A stretch of 32,000 bases of DNA, taken from positions 2,220,001 to 2,252,000 of the forward strand of contig NC_010546.1 of assembly GCF_000017845.1 (NCBI RefSeq), in the 5' to 3' direction. This DNA comes from Crocosphaera subtropica ATCC 51142. GTDB lineage: Bacteria; Cyanobacteriota; Cyanobacteriia; Cyanobacteriales; Microcystaceae. This document shows, piece by piece, positions 1 through 6,963 of the stretch. Every line of letters begins with the position of its first letter. Position 1 is the first letter of the stretch. Under the pieces are notes generated by a model. That model worked only from the letters and a program-made list of their open reading frames with translations, did not search any database and was not told the DNA's origin. Position numbers and translations under genes: made by a program.

Positions 1-57
1 AGTTACGTCATATTTGACTATATTTCTATTAACGATTAGGCTGATTCTAATGGCATT

Positions 58-975
58 TTAAGCAACGATTTCAAACTGACCATAGAAGATATGCCAGTTA
101 TTTTTACCGTTTAACTGTTTCCATATTTCTTCTAAATGCTTTGCTTTCCATTGTAGAGCTAGTTCATCTGGTTTAGCATTCAGTCGGGACAACTCTAAGG
201 GACTATCGGTAACAATTCCGATATATTCTTCTTTCCCTTCTGCATCAAATTGAATATCCCCACAAACAGCATTTGGCTGAGGGATTAAGACACTTTTTTC
301 AATTAGTTGATAATTGGGAGCAAAAGCTTGAGACGGCGTAATTAAATTTTGGGTAATATTTCCTTGTTTATCTTTCCCACGATTGAATAATATTAGATAA
401 TTTCCTGAACAATTTAACTCAATCTTTAAACATAAAGGAGTCAAAATAGAAAGTTTTTTGGTAGGTTCACCCTTTGGAATTTTCATTCCTTTTGCTCCGA
501 TTTCTTGAAATTGCATCCAATTTGTGTTGGATTGTGCTTCTTGTTTCCAAGTTTCCCAAATATAATCTTGTACCCAGTCAAAGTAGGGTCCATTCCATAA
601 CCAGTCATAAATAATTTGCCAAGGACTAGATTCAGATGCTTTTTTTCGTCCTGGTTTTCCTTTTTTATCTCCTAAACCAAGCTGAGTTTCAGTAATACCA
701 TCAGCCATTAGTTGTTCTCGAAAAACACTATTTATTTTTTTGATAATTTCTTTAATATTTTGTTGTAATCCATTTTCATATTTGCCAGGTTCATTTTCCC
801 TTTGAGACAATATCCTAGCAATTTCCGTATGACTCAGTGGATAATTATTAGGAGTGAAGCAATTATTAGGAGTGAAGCGTTCTATAAATAGGTGATACTG
901 AATTTCAGAACGAGTGTTGCCAGGAAAAATTTTTTTAGCAACGTATTCTAAGAATTGTTTGTCTAGATAAACCAT
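58..975 (-). CDS. Two-domain hypothetical protein: N-terminal HTH-like region plus C-terminal DUF4384-like domain
   Basis: 305-aa ORF with ATG start, transcribed divergently from the 1213/1595 genes. LSHTEIARILSQ resembles a sigma-70 region-4/LuxR-type HTH. The C-terminal stretch GNYLILFNRGKDKQGN...LIPQP...EEYIGIVTDSPL matches my recollection of the DUF4384 pattern, a family often fused or adjacent to caspase-type proteases. The family call is from memory and was not searched. Confidence 0.6.
   Translation of the reverse strand: MVYLDKQFLEYVAKKIFPGNTRSEIQYHLFIERFTPNNCFTPNNYPLSHTEIARILSQRENEPGKYENGLQQNIKEIIKKINSVFREQLMADGITETQLGLGDKKGKPGRKKASESSPWQIIYDWLWNGPYFDWVQDYIWETWKQEAQSNTNWMQFQEIGAKGMKIPKGEPTKKLSILTPLCLKIELNCSGNYLILFNRGKDKQGNITQNLITPSQAFAPNYQLIEKSVLIPQPNAVCGDIQFDAEGKEEYIGIVTDSPLELSRLNAKPDELALQWKAKHLEEIWKQLNGKNNWHIFYGQFEIVA
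843..878. repeat. Perfect 18-bp tandem duplication inside the 58..975 CDS
   Basis: aattattaggagtgaagc occurs at 843..860 and again at 861..878. It is in frame on the minus strand and gives FTPNNC-FTPNNY. Confidence 0.95.
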
Positions 976-1212
976 CTTGAGTTATTTTGAAGTAGTTTGA
1001 TCATTTTCAACCATAGCAAAAGTTTACTTAAAAAGAAAGAGCTTTTTATTTTAATTGATCTTTCTTTATTTTATTTAAAAATTTCTTCTGGACATTGATT
1101 ATCGTTGATTTCAATTTATTTTTGAATTAGGTATCGTAAACAAAGAAGCTTTTATGGCATTGACTTAAACAAGCAGTCTACTCACTTAATTTATAATTCA
1201 GGCAACGTTATC

Positions 1213-1530
1213 ATGTTATCAGTTTTACCATTGCGTCAGTTAGAAATTGTTGGACAAGAATATCTACTAAGTATTATTCCTCAAGCAAATATTGCACCCA
1301 ATACTTGGCAGTTTGAATTACGCAATAAGAGAAAATCAGGATTGATTCCTGGTGGATTTAAGTTAAGGTTACTCACAGAAGCAGGGGAGTCGTTTCCTAA
1401 TAATGAAGCTATCGCTACTGAAGCAGTGGAGAGTCTTTATCTAACTTTGAGCATCAAACCTAAAACCATTTTAATGTTAGAAATAGAACCAATCCCTGAA
1501 AATTATCATCGAGAAATATTAATTTTTTAG
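1213..1530 (+). CDS. Small hypothetical protein resembling the C-terminal module of DUF1822 proteins
   Basis: 105-aa ORF with ATG start, on the same strand as the giant gene and about 60 nt upstream of it. WQFELRNKRKSGLIPGGFKLRLLTEAGESF...LYLTLSIKPKTILMLEIEP...HREILIF resembles, from memory, the C-terminal part of cyanobacterial DUF1822 proteins (normally several hundred aa). No obvious SD. Confidence 0.45.
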   Translation: MLSVLPLRQLEIVGQEYLLSIIPQANIAPNTWQFELRNKRKSGLIPGGFKLRLLTEAGESFPNNEAIATEAVESLYLTLSIKPKTILMLEIEPIPENYHREILIF

Positions 1531-1594
1531 ACATTAATTTGCTTCTTAGTTTCTTTTCTGGTAAATAGTTTATTTAAGGATTAGAGAATTGAAA

Positions 1595-4500
1595 ATGTCA
1601 GCGATCGCAACAACAGCACAAAGATTAGAAATCGGTACAGCTAAACTCTGGATAGTTTTAGTGGGAGTGAATCAGTATGAGGATCGAAATCTTCGTAATC
1701 TGAAATATTGTGCTAATGACTGTCAAGAGTTAGCTGAAGTATTAGAGATCGCTACTCGACAATTTCAAGAGACAGAAATAATTGCCCTTTATGATGGAGG
1801 AGAGAAAATCCCTAATTTATCAGAAATTCATACCAGTATTGAGGCGTTTCAGTCAGCAAAACCAGAAGATACAGTATTATTTTATTTTTCAGGACATGGT
1901 TATTTAGATACGAATAATCAACCTATTTTATGTGTAGCAGATACCCAATTAGAAGATTTAGCAGGGACAGGATTAAAGTTAGATAGGTTGTTAAATCTAT
2001 TGAGACAATGTGAAGCAGAACGTCAATTAATTTGGATAGATGCTTGTCAAGAAAGAGATCAAGAAGATAACAGTATTCGGGGCAATACAACGGGTCAAAT
2101 TATTGCCATTTTAGAACAGCAAGCGCAACCGAAAAAGAATTTTTATGGAATGCTTTCTTGTGATATTAATGAACAATCTTGGGAGTTTGATGAGTTAAAA
2201 CATGGCTTATTTACTTACTATATCATAGAAGGCTTACGAGGAAAAGCTGCTAATGCTGAGGGTAGAATTGATGCGGATAGTTTATTTAGATATGTACAAT
2301 ACCAGAGTAATAAATTTATTCAATATAAGAAAAATATAATTAATACTAACAACTTTTTTAAAGGAATGTTGGGAAGTTTAAGAGAATCATCTAATCCAGT
2401 AAAAGTTAATCGATTTCCAGCTAATGCGTCTCAAACTCCCCGACAAGTGAGTAGAGGTGGCAGCAGCAGTGAATTAGTTATTGGGTTAGGTACTTCTTGT
2501 CATCAAAGAAAAGCATTAATTATTGATCAGTTATCTTTTTCAGAAACTAATATTCAGTTATGTCGTATTCTCCAAGATAAGGGAAGTTTTGAGGTTGATT
2601 ATTGTTTTTTGAAAGATAAGCGACAAAGGAATATTCAGGAGATTATCAGTGATTATTTACAAGAGGAAACGAATCAAACTTTGTTGTTGTATTTAACAGG
2701 AACAATTGAGATAACAAGTTCAGCAGGGTATGAATTAGTTTGTCAGCAAAATACAAGAATTAATCTTAAGTTACTAAGTCAACAGTTACAAACTTCTCCC
2801 ATTAAAGAAATTATGGTCATTGCTGATCTTTTCGATGTTGATCAAAATAATCAAAGTTTAAGTGAAGTTTTACAACTTAATCATGAAGAATTAAATAAAT
2901 CCTTGTGTGTAATTACAGCAACAAGTTCTCTTCCTAATAATAGACAATTTTTGAAGCAATTAATAACTATTTTAGAAAATGCAGGAGACTCAGAAAGAGC
3001 TTTTTGGGTTTCTGATTTAATAACTCAACTACAAAAATGGTGTCAGTCTCAATCTGGAATTAAGTTATTAAAACCTTGGTTATCAGATATAAGTGGAGTG
3101 ATGGAACTGTTAGTAGAAGCAGTACAACGTTCTAATAATAAAATATTTGAACTTGATATTTGTCCCTATAAAAGTTTAGAAGCTTTTACCCAAGAAGATG
3201 CTTACTTTTTTCATGGGAGAGAAGAGTTAATTAATGAAATTATTAATAAGTTAAAATCAACTTCTTTTTTAGCGGTTGTAGGAGCATCAGGCAGTGGTAA
3301 ATCATCGGTGGTTAGAGCAGGAGTTATCCCTCAATTACTCAGTAAAGGATTATATTGTCCTGACTTAGAAGCATATCAATCTTGTCAAACTTGGGTGATG
3401 TTTCCTGGAGAATCTCCTATTATCAATTTGGCTAAAATATTAGCACCCGATAATCCAGATTTCTTAGAAGGGGTTTTACAGTTAGGGAGTGATTCTTTAG
3501 CAGAATGGTTACATCAACAACCTCAAGAAATGTCCCTATTAGTCATTGATCAATTTGAAGAATTATTTACCCCTAAAGAAGAATTATTTACCCCTAAAGC
3601 GGAAGCAGAACAAGTTGATTTTATTCATCTAATATTAGGTGCGATTGAAAAATGTCAGAACTCTTTTAAAGTGATTATCACGTTGCGAAGCGATTTTCTG
3701 AATGAATGTTTAGCGATGGAAGAATTAGCTCCTTTAATTTCTAAATCTGAAATATTAGTCCCATCTTGTCGTCTAGAAGATCAGCAATATTGTCAAATGA
3801 TAGCTAAACCTGCTCAAAAAGTTGGGTTGGAGGTAGAAGATGAATTACTTAAACTTTTGTTAGGGGAATTGCAAGAAGGCAGTTTACCGTTATTACAGTA
3901 TGCTTTAGCAGAATTGTGGCAAGAACCCAAGCGAACACCAGGAAAGTTAACAGTTAAAGATTATCAGGAATATATTGGAAAATTAGGAAATTTTCTGAGT
4001 CAAAAAGCAGAAGAAACATATCGTAACTCGAATGAATCTCAGCAAAAATGCACTGAGTTAATTTTCTTACGGTTAGTCTTTTTAGCAGAAGAACAAGGAG
4101 ATAGTAATAAAGCGACTCGTCGTCGTTTACCCCTCTCAGATTTAAGAGTTGATGAATCGAAAGATGTTCTAGAAAAAACATTACAAGCATTAATTAAAGC
4201 ACGATTAATTGTGGTGAGTGGAAAAGCAAGTAATCTAGTTATGAATGAAAAAGAAAGGGTTACTCTTATTGAAAATAATGAGGAAAAGATTAATGAGCAA
4301 AATGAGGAGCAAATAACGGTAGAAGTTGCTCACGAAATTTTATTACGAGATTGGAAAACACTGAAATGGTGGTTAGAAAAAAATCGGGAGAAATATCGTT
4401 TAATTAGAGAAATTGAACGGAAAGCGGATGAATGGGAAAAAACAGGTAAGCAAAATGACGATAAGTTTTTATTATCTAAAAGAGATTTAGATAAATATGA

Positions 4501-6841
4501 GGAATTTTGTAAGAAGTATGCAAAGGAAATTTCTCCAATTAGTAACGAATTTATTGATATTAATATAAAAGCAAGAGATAAGAGAGAACAACTAGCTAAA
4601 CGTCGTCAGCGTCAGATTATTGGTGGTTTAACTGGAGGAATCGTAGGAATTTCAATGGTTGCTGTTGTTGCACTGTGGCAACTGCGTCGAGCAACTATTA
4701 ATGAAATAAATGCTCTTAGTAATAATGCGGAAGCATTACTAGCATCGAATCAGGAATTAGATGCACTGGTAACTGGTTTAAAAGCAGGAAGAAGAATAAA
4801 AAATAGTTTTTTTGGTGTTGATAATAAAATCAAAATTAAGCTTATTGGAAAACTACAGAATATTTTTTATCAAATTAGAGAGTTCAATCGTTTAGAAGGT
4901 CATGAATATGATGAACTAGGTATAACATTTAGTCCAAATGGTGAAATTATTGCTTCGTATGATATAAAAACTATAAGAATTTGGAATTTTAAAGGTAAAC
5001 TACTTACTACCATAAAAGCAGGCCATACAAGTTGGATTGATCAAGTAGTATTTAGTCCTAATGGTCAAATTGTTGCTTCTGCTAGTAGCCTGGCCTCTGC
5101 AACCACTGGCCAAGATGGAACAATAAAATTATGGAATCTTAAAGGAAAGTTACTGCATACGCTTAATGGTCATGGTCGTTGGGTAAACCAGGTCGTATTT
5201 AGTCCTGACGGTCAAACCATTGCTTCTGGTGGTTGGGATGGAACAGTAAAACTATGGAATCTCAAAGGAGATTTACTTCATACTTTTGAAGGTCAATTCG
5301 ATGGTGCTGCTTCCAGCGTTGCATTTAGTCCAGATGGTCAAACTATTGTTTCTGGAGGTTCGGATGGAACAGTAAAACTATGGAATCTTAGAGGAGATTT
5401 ACTGAATACACTTAATGGTCATGAATTCGAGATTAATAGAATACTATTTAGTCCCAGTGGGGAACTAATAGCCTCATCTAGTTATGATAAAACTATCAAA
5501 TTATGGAATCTCAAAGGAGATTTAATCCATACTTTTGAAGGTCATAAAGACGTAGTTGAAAATATCATGTTTAGTCCTAATAGTCAGTTCATTGTTTCTT
5601 CTGATTCAGAAGACATTAAATTATGGAAACTTGGCGGAAAATTAGTTCATACTATAAAAGGCAAAAAGTTGTTCCAAACATCTGGGGGACACAAAGTCCT
5701 ATTTAACTCAAATGGGAAAATAATTGCCTCTTCTGGTATAGATGGAACAGTAAAGTTATGGAACCTTATGGGAGAATTAATATATACCCTTCCAGGTAAT
5801 AATGTAACTTTTCATCCTAATGGTTTAATTGTTGCTTCTTCTGATGCCAAAGATATCAGATTTTGGAATTTTAGTGAAGAATTGCTGCACACATCTAAAA
5901 AATTAACAGATGATATAGGGGAAGTAGCTTTTAGCTCTGATAGTTCCCTCATTACTTCTTTTGGTAGGTTCGATGAAGTTATCAAGTTATGGAATCTCCA
6001 CGGTGATTTATTAGAAACTTTTCGAGGTCATCAAGACGGTGTTCTTGCAGTAGCCTTTAGTCACGATAGTCAATACATTGTTTCTAGTAGTGATGATAGA
6101 ACTATCAAGTTATGGAATCTCCACGGTGATTTATTAGAAACTTTTCGAGGTCATCAAGATAGTGTTTTTGCAGTAGCCTTTAGTCCAGATGGTCAATACA
6201 TTATTTCTGGAAGTAATGATAGAACTATCAAGTTATGGAATCTCCACGGTGATTTATTAGAAACTTTTCGAGGTCATCAAGATGGTATTTTTGCAGTAGC
6301 CTTTAGTCCAGATGGTCAATACATTATTTCTGGAAGTAATGATAGAACTATCAAGTTATGGAATCTCCAAGGCGATTTATTAAAAACCTTTGAAGGTCAC
6401 GTATTTTACATTAGTAGTTTAAGATTTAACCCAGATGGTCAAACTATTGCTTCTGCTAGTGCAGATAAAACTATTAAATTATGGAATCTTCAAGGTGATT
6501 TATTAGAAACCTTTGATGATGATGTAAATAGCATAGTATTTAGTCCAGATGGTCAAACTATTGCTTCTGCTAGTGCAGATAAAACTATTAAATTATGGAA
6601 TCTCCAAGGTGATTTATTAGAAATTTTTCAAGGTCATCAAGATAGTATTTTTGCAGTGGCATTTAGCCCAGATGGGCAAACTATTGCTTCTATTAGTGCA
6701 GATAACACCATCAAACTCTGGAGTTTAGACTTAGATGAGGTAATGACACGCGGTTGCGACTGGGTACGAGACTATTTAACCAATAACCCCAACGTCAGCG
6801 AAGAAGACCGAAAAATCTGCGATGGTATAGGTAACGAATAA
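1595..6841 (+). CDS. Multidomain orthocaspase (peptidase C14-like) - pseudocaspase - STAND P-loop NTPase (nSTAND1-like) - TM helix - 15x WD40 repeat protein
   Basis: Uninterrupted 5.2-kb ORF. The track starts at TTG 1589; the first ATG is 1595. Caspase His/Cys dyad: FYFSGHG (His codon 1895..1897) and IWIDACQ (Cys codon 2045..2047). PYKSLEAFTQEDAYFFHGRE leads into Walker A GASGSGKS (3281..3304) and Walker B LLVIDQFEELF (3536..3568). One hydrophobic helix lies at 4616..4684. Fifteen (I/V)(K/R)LWNL-type WD40 units follow. The C-terminal tail RGCDWVRDYLTNNPNV..RKICDGI is typical of cyanobacterial WD40 proteins. Confidence 0.95.
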   Translation: MSAIATTAQRLEIGTAKLWIVLVGVNQYEDRNLRNLKYCANDCQELAEVLEIATRQFQETEIIALYDGGEKIPNLSEIHTSIEAFQSAKPEDTVLFYFSGHGYLDTNNQPILCVADTQLEDLAGTGLKLDRLLNLLRQCEAERQLIWIDACQERDQEDNSIRGNTTGQIIAILEQQAQPKKNFYGMLSCDINEQSWEFDELKHGLFTYYIIEGLRGKAANAEGRIDADSLFRYVQYQSNKFIQYKKNIINTNNFFKGMLGSLRESSNPVKVNRFPANASQTPRQVSRGGSSSELVIGLGTSCHQRKALIIDQLSFSETNIQLCRILQDKGSFEVDYCFLKDKRQRNIQEIISDYLQEETNQTLLLYLTGTIEITSSAGYELVCQQNTRINLKLLSQQLQTSPIKEIMVIADLFDVDQNNQSLSEVLQLNHEELNKSLCVITATSSLPNNRQFLKQLITILENAGDSERAFWVSDLITQLQKWCQSQSGIKLLKPWLSDISGVMELLVEAVQRSNNKIFELDICPYKSLEAFTQEDAYFFHGREELINEIINKLKSTSFLAVVGASGSGKSSVVRAGVIPQLLSKGLYCPDLEAYQSCQTWVMFPGESPIINLAKILAPDNPDFLEGVLQLGSDSLAEWLHQQPQEMSLLVIDQFEELFTPKEELFTPKAEAEQVDFIHLILGAIEKCQNSFKVIITLRSDFLNECLAMEELAPLISKSEILVPSCRLEDQQYCQMIAKPAQKVGLEVEDELLKLLLGELQEGSLPLLQYALAELWQEPKRTPGKLTVKDYQEYIGKLGNFLSQKAEETYRNSNESQQKCTELIFLRLVFLAEEQGDSNKATRRRLPLSDLRVDESKDVLEKTLQALIKARLIVVSGKASNLVMNEKERVTLIENNEEKINEQNEEQITVEVAHEILLRDWKTLKWWLEKNREKYRLIREIERKADEWEKTGKQNDDKFLLSKRDLDKYEEFCKKYAKEISPISNEFIDINIKARDKREQLAKRRQRQIIGGLTGGIVGISMVAVVALWQLRRATINEINALSNNAEALLASNQELDALVTGLKAGRRIKNSFFGVDNKIKIKLIGKLQNIFYQIREFNRLEGHEYDELGITFSPNGEIIASYDIKTIRIWNFKGKLLTTIKAGHTSWIDQVVFSPNGQIVASASSLASATTGQDGTIKLWNLKGKLLHTLNGHGRWVNQVVFSPDGQTIASGGWDGTVKLWNLKGDLLHTFEGQFDGAASSVAFSPDGQTIVSGGSDGTVKLWNLRGDLLNTLNGHEFEINRILFSPSGELIASSSYDKTIKLWNLKGDLIHTFEGHKDVVENIMFSPNSQFIVSSDSEDIKLWKLGGKLVHTIKGKKLFQTSGGHKVLFNSNGKIIASSGIDGTVKLWNLMGELIYTLPGNNVTFHPNGLIVASSDAKDIRFWNFSEELLHTSKKLTDDIGEVAFSSDSSLITSFGRFDEVIKLWNLHGDLLETFRGHQDGVLAVAFSHDSQYIVSSSDDRTIKLWNLHGDLLETFRGHQDSVFAVAFSPDGQYIISGSNDRTIKLWNLHGDLLETFRGHQDGIFAVAFSPDGQYIISGSNDRTIKLWNLQGDLLKTFEGHVFYISSLRFNPDGQTIASASADKTIKLWNLQGDLLETFDDDVNSIVFSPDGQTIASASADKTIKLWNLQGDLLEIFQGHQDSIFAVAFSPDGQTIASISADNTIKLWSLDLDEVMTRGCDWVRDYLTNNPNVSEEDRKICDGIGNE
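1643..2323 (+). other. Domain: caspase/metacaspase-like (C14) protease, catalytic dyad intact
   Basis: LWIVLVGVNQY beta-strand start, CANDCQELAEVL, FYFSGH(103)G and IWIDAC(153)Q motifs in the canonical order and spacing of clan CD proteases. Confidence 0.85.
2504..3058 (+). other. Domain: second caspase-like unit lacking the His and Cys (pseudocaspase)
   Basis: Motif-for-motif parallel with the first domain. ALIIDQ matches LWIVLVG. LLLYLTGTIEITSSAGYELVC matches VLFYFSGHGYLDTNNQPILCV. KEIMVIADLFDV matches RQLIWIDACQER. SLCVITATSS matches YGMLSCDINEQS. FLKQLITIL matches LFTYYIIEGL. His is replaced by Thr/Ile and Cys by Leu. Confidence 0.5.
3161..4378 (+). other. Domain: STAND-class P-loop NTPase with helical/winged-helix extension (nSTAND1-like)
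   Basis: PYKSL.AF..EDA.FFHGRE lead-in, Walker A GASGSGKS, Walker B IDQFEELF, LRSDF sensor-like motif, and later VEVAHEILLRDWKTLKWWLEKNRE. This motif series is the one I associate with the nSTAND1 family often fused to WD40 in cyanobacteria and actinobacteria. Confidence 0.75.
3557..3598. repeat. Perfect 21-bp tandem duplication immediately after Walker B of the STAND NTPase
   Basis: gaagaattatttacccctaaa occurs at 3557..3577 and again at 3578..3598. It is in frame and gives EELFTPK-EELFTPK. Confidence 0.95.
4616..4684 (+). other. Predicted transmembrane helix between the NTPase and WD40 modules
   Basis: IIGGLTGGIVGISMVAVVALWQL is 23 hydrophobic or small residues. It is preceded by KARDKREQLAKRRQRQ (8 basic residues) and followed by RRATINE (2 basic residues). 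Confidence 0.75.
5981..6349. repeat. Three near-identical 123-bp tandem units (WD40 blades 9-11)
   Basis: Units start with atcaagttatggaatctccacggtgat at 5981, 6104 and 6227 (next unit at 6350). Units 2 and 3 differ at only 2 of 123 nt (gatagtgtt vs gatggtatt), changing Ser-Val to Gly-Ile just after GHQD. Confidence 0.95.
6431..6620. repeat. Direct repeat of about 76-78 bp with 114-bp period (WD40 blades 12-14)
   Basis: ccagatggtcaaactattgcttctgctagtgcagataaaactattaaattatggaatct(t/c)caaggtgatttattagaaa occurs from 6431 and again from 6545. The intervening blade is 38 aa and lacks the GH element (TFDDDVNS). Confidence 0.9.
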
Positions 6842-6963
6842 ACCTACTTCCTCACAAATAACTCAGCCTTTAACAACTTTTATTTATATTGATTTACCTC
6901 CACTTTATCTTCATTTTGGAGTCAGTTTACCATGCTTTCAGTTAAGCAAAACAGGTAAAACTA

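Larger units (their letters stand above)
4886..6724 (+). other. Domain: 15 WD40 repeats (probably two beta-propellers)
   Basis: There are 15 occurrences of the (I/V)(K/R)(L/I/F)W(N/K/S)(L/F) strand motif at roughly 37-42 aa spacing, with GH...FSPDGQ.IAS..D.T elements. Confidence 0.9.

Noticed and set aside
1033-1066. 8-bp inverted repeat (aagaaaga ... tctttctt, 18-nt spacer) in the divergent promoter region between 975 and 1213, possibly an operator for the HTH protein.
   Set aside because: The arms are short and of low complexity in a very AT-rich region. It cannot be distinguished from chance without comparative data.
3954-4190. 78-aa antisense ORF inside the STAND region of the giant gene.
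   Set aside because: It is nested in and antisense to a strongly supported CDS, in AT-rich DNA where stop-free antisense runs are expected. It has no RBS or recognisable motif.
3161-4378. Classifying the NTPase as a canonical NACHT or AP-ATPase domain.
   Set aside because: The PY.GL..F lead-in, the DQFEELF Walker B and the AHE.L...W helical segment fit the nSTAND1-type group better, as I recall it. I therefore keep the generic STAND label, and a profile search is needed to settle the question.
4886-6724. Regularly spaced direct repeats that could be mistaken for a CRISPR array or satellite.
   Set aside because: The repeats are 114-126 bp coding units of a continuous WD40 ORF with no unique spacers. 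No CRISPR-like short palindromic repeats with 30-40 bp spacers occur anywhere in the window.
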